Positions 26,242 through 34,016 of a DNA stretch of 64,000 bases are shown piece after piece. The notes beneath the pieces are model-generated. The model had not been told where the DNA came from and searched no databases. It saw only the letters and a list, made by a program, of their open reading frames with translations. Each line of letters opens with the position of its first letter. The first letter of the stretch is position 1. Location of the stretch: assembly GCA_965200475.1 (NCBI GenBank), contig CBDAUL010000004.1, forward strand, positions 154,664 to 218,663. The letters are read 5' to 3'. This DNA comes from Vicinamibacterales bacterium. GTDB taxonomy: Bacteria; Acidobacteriota; Vicinamibacteria; Vicinamibacterales; UBA8438. Made by a program: the position numbers and the translations under genes.

Positions 26242-27234
26242 CTACTGCGTGTCCTCGCTCTGGGCGTCGTAGCGCTGCGCGCGCTCGACCATGTCGTCGT
26301 TGCGGATCAGCGCCCGGCGGCGATCCGGATCGAGCGCGAGGTCGCCGGTCGCCCCCATCTGACCGTCGCGGGCCAGCTCCCCGAGGGCGCGGTCGACCGC
26401 CCCCGCGGCCACCAGGTTGATGCCGCCGAAGAACGCGACGCCCACGCCGTTGTCGCGCGCCGCCTGCACGGAGGGCACCGACGCGAGCATCGGCGCGCCC
26501 GCCATCTCGACCGCCCGGGCGCACTGGTCCAGCGGTATCTGGGGAATGAAGATCAGATCGCCGCCCGCCTGGACGTAGCGCGTCATGCGCTCGAGCGCCT
26601 CGTCGAGCGGGCCGCCGCCGGCAACGACGTCGCAGCGGGTCATCAGCACCGTGTCGCCGCGGCGGGCGTCGGCGGCCGCGTGGATCTTGTCGACCATGGC
26701 GTCGGCGGCCAGGATCTTGCCCTCGCTGAGCCCCTGCAGGTGCTTGGCGCCGTACAGGTCCTCGATCATGATGCAGGCGGCGCCGGCGCGCTCGTAGCGC
26801 TGAACCGCGCGATAGACGTTGAGCGGATTCCCGCCGCCGTCGTCCGCGTCCGCGATGATCGGCAGATCGATCGCGTCGGCCGCGCGGGTGCAGAACTCGA
26901 TCAGGTCGTCCATCGTGATCATGCCGTAGTCGCCGAGCCCGAACTTGCTCAGCGACAGCGCGCTGCCGCCCGTCATCGCGATCTCGAAGCCGTGCATCTC
27001 GACGAGCCGGGCCGACGCGACGTCGCCGCAGTTGACGCAGCGGCTCGGCTCGGACCGCGCCAGCAGCTCGCGGAACCGGCCGCCCGGGCTCGAGGCCGCC
27101 GGGGCCTGCGCCGCCGCGCCGCCGGCCGCACCCAGCGCGTGGGCGGCAACCCCTCCGGCCGCCGCGGCCGTGCCCTGGATGAAACGCCGCCGTGACGGCC
27201 CGTCGGGCCGATCTGATCTCACCCGCATGCTCAT
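26242..27234 (-). CDS. Isocitrate lyase/PEP mutase superfamily enzyme with Tat signal peptide
   Basis: SRRRFIQGTAAAAGGVAAHALGA twin-arginine signal. Core motifs are PIIADADDGGGNP and GAACIMIEDL..AK. Confidence 0.7.
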   Translation of the reverse strand: MSMRVRSDRPDGPSRRRFIQGTAAAAGGVAAHALGAAGGAAAQAPAASSPGGRFRELLARSEPSRCVNCGDVASARLVEMHGFEIAMTGGSALSLSKFGLGDYGMITMDDLIEFCTRAADAIDLPIIADADDGGGNPLNVYRAVQRYERAGAACIMIEDLYGAKHLQGLSEGKILAADAMVDKIHAAADARRGDTVLMTRCDVVAGGGPLDEALERMTRYVQAGGDLIFIPQIPLDQCARAVEMAGAPMLASVPSVQAARDNGVGVAFFGGINLVAAGAVDRALGELARDGQMGATGDLALDPDRRRALIRNDDMVERAQRYDAQSEDTQ

Positions 27235-27367
27235 CGTGTCCTCCTTGCGATATGCAGAGCGTACCCCAACGGTGCCGAAAGCTGTCCAACGATCTGTTCG
27301 TCGGCAGTACCCGTTGGTCGGAGGCGGCTCGGACCATGATAGTCTTGTAGTGGGTCAGGATCCTGAC

Positions 27368-27841
27368 ATGTTGAAGGTCAACATCGCGGACGCAAAGGCC
27401 CATCTCTCGAGCTACCTGGACCGCGTCGCGCAAGGCGAGACTATCCTGCTCTGCCGGCGCAACGTGCCGGTGGCGGAAATCCGTCCGCTGGCGCAACGAC
27501 GGACGGAACAGCGGCCCGTCGGCAGCGACCCTGGCCTGGTGGTCCCGGACAGCTTCTTCGAGCCGCTCCCGGAAGATCTGCTTCGCGCGTTCGAAGGCGG
27601 CGCGACCGACGAGCTGGATGAGACGGGCGGGCGAGTCGAGACCGACCCGGTCGTGCAGTTGCGGCGCCAATGGGAGGCTCGGCTCGAGGCCTTCTTCGCA
27701 CAGAAGAAGCACTTGTCGTTCCGGGACGAAGCGCCTCGCAGCCTGAGCGAGGTTACGGCGCGCCTGCAGTCGCCCCGGGTGCTGGACCGGACCGCGCTCG
27801 CGACCTCGGCCGAGCGGTTGCTGCTTTCGAACCCGCGGTAG
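27368..27841 (+). CDS. Phd/YefM-family type II antitoxin (extended C-terminus)
   Basis: MLKVNIADAKAHLSSYLDRVAQGETILLCRRNVPVAEIRPL is a typical Phd/YefM N-terminal domain. Confidence 0.7.
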   Translation: MLKVNIADAKAHLSSYLDRVAQGETILLCRRNVPVAEIRPLAQRRTEQRPVGSDPGLVVPDSFFEPLPEDLLRAFEGGATDELDETGGRVETDPVVQLRRQWEARLEAFFAQKKHLSFRDEAPRSLSEVTARLQSPRVLDRTALATSAERLLLSNPR

Positions 27842-27852
27842 GGGCTGGGCGG

Positions 27853-28527
27853 ATGGATCGGAAGTTGGCCGACCTCGCCCTGTTTCGCGCCGGGTGGGGC
27901 CACAATTCGCTCGCTCTGGACGACGACCTGACGACGGAGCCGGCGGATGCCCTCGACGCCCTGCCACGGCTGATCCGCGTCAGGTGCACCCCCGCACTGG
28001 CCGATTTCCTTGCCTGGCCGGATCGTTCCGGTTGCGCTCTGCAGTGCCTCTATCAGATTGAGCCGGTCGGCCGCCGCGGACCGACGCGGCTGATGGCCGC
28101 CGAAGCCGTCGGCCGGGCGACCAGCGCCGGCGTGTGCGAGCTCGAGCTGGTCGACGGATGGCGCGGGGAGCCGTATTTCTGGGGCAACCGCCCACTGCGC
28201 GAGGAGGAGATCGAGGCCGCCGTTCATGGTTCGAACGACGTCTACCTCAGCGCCCTTTCAGCTTGGGAAATCGGGATCAAGTATCGCAGCGGCCGGTTGC
28301 CCCTTCCGGAGACGCCCGACCGATTCGTCACGAGCCGACGCGAGCGACTCGGGATCGAGCCCCTGCCGTTCGACGAGCGGCATGCGGCGCATGACGTGCT
28401 GCTGCCTGCCCACCACCGCGATCCGTTCGACCGCGGCCTGGTCTCGCAGGCCATCCTCCACGGGATGACGATCGTGACCCCCGACGCCGCGATCGCGAGG
28501 TATCCGGCGCCCATCCTCTGGCGGTGA
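27853..28527 (+). CDS. PIN-domain toxin (VapC-like) with about 80-aa N-terminal extension; start uncertain (27853 or 28093)
   Basis: The C-terminal 140 aa carry VYLSALSAWEIGIKYRSGRL and HRDPFDR.LV.QA PIN motifs. ATG 27853 lies 11 nt after the antitoxin stop. Confidence 0.6.
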   Translation: MDRKLADLALFRAGWGHNSLALDDDLTTEPADALDALPRLIRVRCTPALADFLAWPDRSGCALQCLYQIEPVGRRGPTRLMAAEAVGRATSAGVCELELVDGWRGEPYFWGNRPLREEEIEAAVHGSNDVYLSALSAWEIGIKYRSGRLPLPETPDRFVTSRRERLGIEPLPFDERHAAHDVLLPAHHRDPFDRGLVSQAILHGMTIVTPDAAIARYPAPILWR

Positions 28528-28530
28528 CGT

Positions 28531-28570
28531 ACGCCGGGGGCTCGGGGCGCAGCCCCGTCTGACGGAAGCC
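28531..28570 (+). repeat. Partial REP-like repeat copy R4 (hairpin core only)
   Basis: The GGGGGCTCGGGGCGCAGCCCCGTCTGA core is identical to the core in R1. Lies in a convergent-gene gap. Confidence 0.7.
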
Positions 28571-28585
28571 CAGTCCCGTCCGAGC

Positions 28586-29623
28586 TCAGAACATCGCGAT
28601 CGGATTGGCCGGGCTGCCGGTGCCGTTCTTCACGTTGAGCGGCAGGGCCATGAACATGAACTCGTGGCGTCCCTCCTCGGCGCAGGCGTCGGCCAGCGGC
28701 TCGAGCAGCGCGTTGTCCAGCAGGGCCACGCCGTAGAACGTCAGCACGCCGTGCACCGGGTAGGCCAGCCCGTAGTCGTTGGGCCGCGCGTCCATCATGT
28801 CCCACCCCAGCAGCGCGACGTCGCGGTCGCGAATGAACTTCGCGCACGAGGCGTGCAGGCCGGGACGGGCGCCCCCGCCGATCGCGCCGCCGGCGCGCTG
28901 GAACGCCTCCCGCCCGCTGTGAACGAGCAGCGCGTCGCCCGGCCCCACCTCGACCCCCTGGGCCGCCGCGATCTCCTCGAGCTCCCAGCCGTGCACAGGC
29001 CGGTCCGCCGTCACGTGGGGCTCGCCGCGATGACGGGGCACGTCGAGCAGCACGCCGCGCGTGATGATGCCGTTGCTCCAGGCCGTGATGGCGCCGAACC
29101 TGGCCCCGTGCGTGTCCACCGCGGCATCCGGATCGCGGCCCTGCCACACGCCGTCCGTGTTCTCCCACACGTGGCACAGCGCATCGATGTGGGTGATCGT
29201 CTGGCCGTGATAGATGAATCCGTAGTAGTCGATGAACGAGCCCGCGCCGCCGCCCCGGTCGTTCTTGCGGACGAAGTGCTGCGTCGGCTCGAAGAGCCGG
29301 CTCGTCGAGACGGTGCGTCCGTTGCGCACGAGCGCCGCGGCGGCCTGGCGCTTCTCGGCGGTGATCAGGTTGACCGCGCCGACCTCGTCGTCGGCGCCCC
29401 ACCGGCCCCAGTTGCGCTGATCCTTGTACCATCCCTCGACCTCGGCCTGCGTCGGCAGCGCCCGGCCGCCCTGCACCGCCGCCGCGGGCGGCCTGACCGC
29501 CGCCGCCGGCCGCGGACTCGACGAACGGCCGACCGGAGCCGACCACGCGCCGGCCCGCTGCCCGAGGGCCACGCCGCCGACCGCCACCGCGCTCTTCAGG
29601 AAACGTCGTCGTGATGCAGACAT
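28586..29623 (-). CDS. Putative cyclase/kynurenine-formamidase-like family protein with Tat signal
   Basis: MSASRRRFLKSAVAVGG twin-arginine signal. THIDALCH and GVLLD.P motifs are typical of the cyclase family. GGAGAAAGGA RBS. Confidence 0.65.
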   Translation of the reverse strand: MSASRRRFLKSAVAVGGVALGQRAGAWSAPVGRSSSPRPAAAVRPPAAAVQGGRALPTQAEVEGWYKDQRNWGRWGADDEVGAVNLITAEKRQAAAALVRNGRTVSTSRLFEPTQHFVRKNDRGGGAGSFIDYYGFIYHGQTITHIDALCHVWENTDGVWQGRDPDAAVDTHGARFGAITAWSNGIITRGVLLDVPRHRGEPHVTADRPVHGWELEEIAAAQGVEVGPGDALLVHSGREAFQRAGGAIGGGARPGLHASCAKFIRDRDVALLGWDMMDARPNDYGLAYPVHGVLTFYGVALLDNALLEPLADACAEEGRHEFMFMALPLNVKNGTGSPANPIAMF

Positions 29624-29625
29624 CG

Positions 29626-30156
29626 TCAGTCCTTTCTCCAGGCCAGTCGCAATGCGCAACCGGCAATGACGACGGCCACCAGCGCCATGACGGCGAACTT
29701 GGCGCCGGTCAGCACCGGGAGTGCCGCGCTGATGGACGATTCCGCCGGATACAGCCGGGCCGCACGGGCCAGCACGTAGTCCTCCGCCACCTCGGTCAGC
29801 AGGAACAGGACGGGCGCGAACGGGAGCCACGCGACGGGTCCCGTCGTAGTGCCTCCGCGCCCGAGCAGCCAGGCTATCAGGAGCATCGCCGCGCCCCCGA
29901 GCAGCAGCGGCGTCAGGATGTCCAGGCGCTGGAACATGACGTAGGCGGCCCGTCCCTCGGGACCGATGGCGCCCAGGAACGCGTACAGCTCTTCCGCACC
30001 GTGGCCGAGCTGCTCCTCGGGCAGCACCCCTGCGGGGGCCAGCGACCGCACCGCCGGAAACGGGCCCGTCCCGAAGAGCAGGCCGGTGCCCGCGAGCGCG
30101 GTCGCGGCCGCGGCGAGCACGCGCCGGCCGGTCGCGACCCGCTGGATCCACGGCAT
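29626..30156 (-). CDS. Hypothetical integral membrane protein
   Basis: C-terminal 176 aa of ORF 29626..31305. About 4 hydrophobic segments. Its stop lies 2 nt from the cyclase start, so the two genes are probably co-transcribed. Confidence 0.5.
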   Translation of the reverse strand: MPWIQRVATGRRVLAAAATALAGTGLLFGTGPFPAVRSLAPAGVLPEEQLGHGAEELYAFLGAIGPEGRAAYVMFQRLDILTPLLLGGAAMLLIAWLLGRGGTTTGPVAWLPFAPVLFLLTEVAEDYVLARAARLYPAESSISAALPVLTGAKFAVMALVAVVIAGCALRLAWRKD

Positions 30157-30197
30157 TGCAAGGCAGAGGGTAACCCAAACGCGGGGGCTGCGGAAGT

Positions 30198-31181
30198 CTA
30201 CGATTCGGGGCGGACGGCGATGGCGATCTTGCCGCGCGCGTGCCCGGCCTCGAGCCCGCGCACGGCGTCCGGGACCTCGTGCAGCGGACAGGTGCGGCCG
30301 ACGACCGGCACGACCTTGCCGGCTTCGAGCAGCTCCCGCAGGCGATCGAGATCCGCCGCGACCACCGTGGAGAACAGCGAGCCGAGCGTCTGGCGCACGA
30401 ACGGCGACAGCAGCGACGCCCGAAGCTGGCGATCCGTGCCGCCGAGCAGCGGCCCGCCGCCTTCCCCGCCGATGATGACCAGCGTGCCGGCCGGCGCGAG
30501 CGCGCGCCGGAGACGCGCGAGCGAACGATTTCCCGCCGTATCGAGGATGACGTCGTGGCGCAGCCGGCCGGCCGCGAAGTCCTCCCGCGCGTAGTCGATG
30601 ACGTGGCGGGCGCCGAGCGCGCGCACCAGATCCATCTTCCCCGCGCTGCACACGCCCGTGACTTCCGCGCCGAGCGCCCGGGCGATCTGCACCGCGAACG
30701 TCCCGACGCCCCCGCCGGCGCCGATTACCAGCACGCTCTGCCCCGCCTCGACTTGCGCCGTGTCGCGCAGGGCCTGCAGGGCGGTGGCGCCGGACGTGGG
30801 GACGACCGCCGCCTGCTCGAACGTGAGGTTGACCGGCTTCGGCGCGAGCGTGTCCTCGGACCCGCGGGCGTATTCGGCGAAGGCGCCGCTGCAGGTGCCG
30901 AACACCTCGTCGCCGGGACGCAGCCGGGCCACGCCCGACCCGACCGCCGCGACCCGCCCGGCGACGTCCTGCCCCGGCACGCGGTCCTTCGGCCGCCGCA
31001 GCCCGAAGCCCATGAGCCGCACGAGGTAGGGCCGCCCGGTCATCAGATGCCAGACGCCCGGGTCGAGGCCGGCCGCGTGAACCTGCACCAGCACGTCGCG
31101 CTCGCCGATCGGCGGCCGGTCGATGTCCCGGAGCTGCAGCACGTCGGCCGAGCCGTATTCGTCCTGGACGATTGCCTGCAT
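30198..31181 (-). CDS. MDR-superfamily NAD(P)H:quinone oxidoreductase / zinc-type alcohol dehydrogenase-like protein
   Basis: MQAIVQDEYG....L.L.D...P..G..DVLV.V.AAG..P.. followed by the VLVIGAGGGVGTFAVQIA Rossmann motif. Confidence 0.8.
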   Translation of the reverse strand: MQAIVQDEYGSADVLQLRDIDRPPIGERDVLVQVHAAGLDPGVWHLMTGRPYLVRLMGFGLRRPKDRVPGQDVAGRVAAVGSGVARLRPGDEVFGTCSGAFAEYARGSEDTLAPKPVNLTFEQAAVVPTSGATALQALRDTAQVEAGQSVLVIGAGGGVGTFAVQIARALGAEVTGVCSAGKMDLVRALGARHVIDYAREDFAAGRLRHDVILDTAGNRSLARLRRALAPAGTLVIIGGEGGGPLLGGTDRQLRASLLSPFVRQTLGSLFSTVVAADLDRLRELLEAGKVVPVVGRTCPLHEVPDAVRGLEAGHARGKIAIAVRPES

Positions 31182-31525
31182 GGTGTGAGTTCGAGTACGC
31201 AGGCGGGGCACGCCGCAAGTCCGTCCCCGTCGTTGCCGTCACCATCCGCAGATGAGGCGGCTGCGTGAACCACTGCCTGGCGCTACCGGGCGAGAGCCGG
31301 TTCACACATCGACGTCCGGATCCACCGACATCTCGAGGTCACGACGAAATCCTGCCATGTCGACAGGCGGCGCAGTGGCCGCCGCTTGCGCAACGGCGCT
31401 GCGCGGCACGAACCGGCGTGGCGGATGGCCGAAGTGTTCGTTCCGTGGCTCCCGCTGCGTGATCTTGCGCACTCTTGAGATCGTAGCAATTGTCGCCTTA
31501 CCTGGCGAGTGAACCCGCATCCGCT

Positions 31526-32047
31526 CTACACGCGAAAGAGATTCCGGAACCAGTCGACGAAAACCCCGGATTCGGGTCTGGACGGGTTCAGAACTCTGTG
31601 ATCCACGGCTTCGTGGAGTCGAGCGCCCGGCGGGTCCTGCCACGCGAGCCACGTGTGAAGCTCCGCCTTTCTGGTGTGGACGTCCCTGAACGAGGCACCA
31701 TGGCGTCGCGACTCGGCAACGCAACGCCGGGCCGCCTCGTACAAATTGCGGGACTCGGGCGGAACCAGCTGAACGAGGAAGTCCTCCAACATCCCGGTGA
31801 AACGATTGTCGGGCATGATCCAGATGCCGAAGCGCGGACCGCCGGAGTGGACTACATTCAGCCCGTCTACGGGAATCCGATCTGGCAACCCGTCAAATTC
31901 GCTTCTGCACCACGTCCGGAGCTGATTCCAGCGGGTCTCAGCATCACCATCCGCATCAACGATGACGCCCAACGCTTCGAGCCCCGAAGCCCTCAATTCA
32001 GCCTCAATGACTGCCGGTTTCAGGAGCTTCCTCGGGTGAACAGCCAA
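31526..32047 (-). CDS. Small DxD-motif protein resembling DUF3226-type (TOPRIM-like) partners of ABC-type ATPases
   Basis: TTG start lies 1 nt after the ATPase stop. Motifs are LGVIVDADGD, FGIWIMPDN..G.LEDF and HTWLAWQDPPG. The family assignment is from memory only. Confidence 0.5.
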   Translation of the reverse strand: MAVHPRKLLKPAVIEAELRASGLEALGVIVDADGDAETRWNQLRTWCRSEFDGLPDRIPVDGLNVVHSGGPRFGIWIMPDNRFTGMLEDFLVQLVPPESRNLYEAARRCVAESRRHGASFRDVHTRKAELHTWLAWQDPPGARLHEAVDHRVLNPSRPESGVFVDWFRNLFRV

Positions 32048-32048
32048 C

Positions 32049-33164
32049 TCATCTGACCTCTATGCTCCGCTCAGCGGCAGCAACAATGGCCTGCGTGCTG
32101 AACCCGACCGCCTCCGTGCGACTTCGGTCGATCCTCTGAATCGTGACGTCGCCCACCTGGGATTTCGCAATCGCAGCCAGACTCTCGTAACAGTCGCGGC
32201 TGTGAGTCGTGGCGAACACCTGGACCGACAGAGCAGCAGCCCGCTCGCTGACCATGCGCCACATGTTCTCCATTACCGAGTAGTGAAGACCAGTGTCGAT
32301 CTCATCCACGAGCAGCACGCCGCCGCCAGCGTTCGAAATGGACAGTGCCAACCCCAGCATCCGCCACATGCCGTCGCCGGTGCTTCCAATCGGGACACGG
32401 TCTGCAACCCCCCGCAGCTTGAGAACCACCCCTCCTGGGGCATCGCGATAGAGCCGGCTACGGTCGTCTGCGACGGGTGCAATGCGCTCGATGGCCGGCT
32501 CGACGATACGAAGCGCTTGTGTAATCGCCTCTTCCTTCGGTGTCAGCACGAACTTGCTGAACGTTCGAACTACGTCCGCGGCCGTTACACCGCTTGTCCT
32601 GACGAACTGCACGGCCTGCCTCGGGTCGTTTCGCCCGCGAGTCGGCCAGCGAGGCCCTAACAACAATCCGTCACGGGTAACGAAGGCTCTGTAGTCGTTA
32701 TCCGCGTCCGACCACTTGACGTGAAGGACGAGGCGCCCATTCCCGTCGTCGCCCTCCAATTCAGTATCTCGCTCATCGTGCTCGGAATCGGACGGCTCCT
32801 CGATGTACACCGTCACCTTCTTGTTCTGACCGGCAGCAGGCGCTTCGCCGCCGCAGTCCGCCTCGACATGTATCGCACCTCTCAACTCGTGATTCGGGAA
32901 CAGGTGCGACACATCGAGGGGTTCCGGACGCATCGCGAGAGACGCTCGGGCATCCCCGTCGCTCGAGGAACCCCATTCGCCCCGCCGGCCGACAATGGAC
33001 GACAGCACCTGCGGATTGCCCGCGGACCGGAGCAACTCGATACACTCCAGGATTGACGTCTTGCCGCAGTTGTTCGTCCCGACCAGCAGGTTCACGCGGC
33101 CGAGCCCGTGCATCTTGAACGAGTCGAGCCCGCGGTAGCCTCGAATCCGTATCGATGAATACAC
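32049..33164 (-). CDS. ABC/AAA_21-type ATPase (OLD/AbiL/PARIS-like ATPase class)
   Basis: GTG start preceded by GGAGAG. Walker A GTNNCGKTS, signature-like GDGMWRMLGLAL, Walker B VLLVDEIDTGLH and H-loop ATTHS. Confidence 0.75.
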   Translation of the reverse strand: MYSSIRIRGYRGLDSFKMHGLGRVNLLVGTNNCGKTSILECIELLRSAGNPQVLSSIVGRRGEWGSSSDGDARASLAMRPEPLDVSHLFPNHELRGAIHVEADCGGEAPAAGQNKKVTVYIEEPSDSEHDERDTELEGDDGNGRLVLHVKWSDADNDYRAFVTRDGLLLGPRWPTRGRNDPRQAVQFVRTSGVTAADVVRTFSKFVLTPKEEAITQALRIVEPAIERIAPVADDRSRLYRDAPGGVVLKLRGVADRVPIGSTGDGMWRMLGLALSISNAGGGVLLVDEIDTGLHYSVMENMWRMVSERAAALSVQVFATTHSRDCYESLAAIAKSQVGDVTIQRIDRSRTEAVGFSTQAIVAAAERSIEVR

Positions 33165-33473
33165 CGCACTCTCCGTGAACTACGTGCGCCTCAGCATGGC
33201 ACGCGCGGTCGTGCCGCTATCGGTCGCGACCGCGACTGCCGGCAGCAGTCCGGCCTCCGGCCAGACGACGCATGCCTTGGCCGGGAACTCCCGCTGCACG
33301 CCCGCCTTCCGTACGTTCAGCCACACCAGATCGAATCGACGTCGCGCGAGGAGTCGTGCGCTGCATGCGTACTCCACCGGATACTCTACGATCTCATCCT
33401 CACCGAAGCGAATCGCGGGGTGGCGCCGTCGGCGCTGACCCGCACGATACGCGTCTGGTACCATCGAGTCCCC

Positions 33474-34016
33474 ATGTCGTCCATGCCGCGACCGGAGATG
33501 CTGCTCGACCTGGAATCCTGCGCCGTGCGCTCGTTCCGCGCGACGGACGCCGCCGAGCTGGCCAGGCAGGCCGACAATCGCAAGGTGTGGCTGCAACTCC
33601 GCGACCGGTTCCCGCATCCGTATTCGGTCGACAATGCGCGCCAGTTCATCGCGTTCGCCCGCGGCGGAGAGCCCGAGACGGCGTTCGCGATCACCGTCGA
33701 CGATCGGCCGGTAGGGTCGATCGGAGTGGTGCTCCGGGACGACGTGGAGCGCTGCTCGGCGGAGGTCGGCTACTGGCTCGGCGAGCCGTACTGGGGCCGG
33801 GGCATCGCGACGCGCGCGCTCGTCGGATTCACGCGCTTCGCCTTCGCCGCGTACGACGTGGAACGCCTCTACGCGCTGCCCCTGGCGGCGAACGAGCCCT
33901 CCTGCCGCGTCCTCGAGAAGGCGGGGTACGAGCTCGAGGGCCGCCTGCGCCGGAGCGCCGTCAAGGACGGCAAGGTGCAGGATCAGATGCTGTACGCCAT
34001 CCTGCGCGCCGACTGA
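33474..34016 (+). CDS. GNAT-family N-acetyltransferase (RimJ/RimL-like)
   Basis: VGYWLGEPYWGRGIATRAL acetyl-CoA binding motif, and RVLEKAGY.LEG. Confidence 0.8.
   Translation: MSSMPRPEMLLDLESCAVRSFRATDAAELARQADNRKVWLQLRDRFPHPYSVDNARQFIAFARGGEPETAFAITVDDRPVGSIGVVLRDDVERCSAEVGYWLGEPYWGRGIATRALVGFTRFAFAAYDVERLYALPLAANEPSCRVLEKAGYELEGRLRRSAVKDGKVQDQMLYAILRAD

Noticed and set aside
31302-31724. 140-aa minus-strand ORF and other short ORFs in the 31212..31525 gap.
   Set aside because: It overlaps the 3' part of the DxD-motif gene in another frame and has Arg-rich junk composition. The gap may hold gene remnants, but nothing is supportable. I saw no tRNA-like cloverleaf.
33180-33464. 94-codon minus-strand ORF ending 16 nt upstream of the ATPase start; a possible third gene of the islet.
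   Set aside because: Part of it looks protein-like (DEIVEYPVEYACSARLL...), but I recognised no motif and saw no clear RBS. Its start would sit 9 nt from the divergent GNAT start. It is left unannotated pending a homology search.
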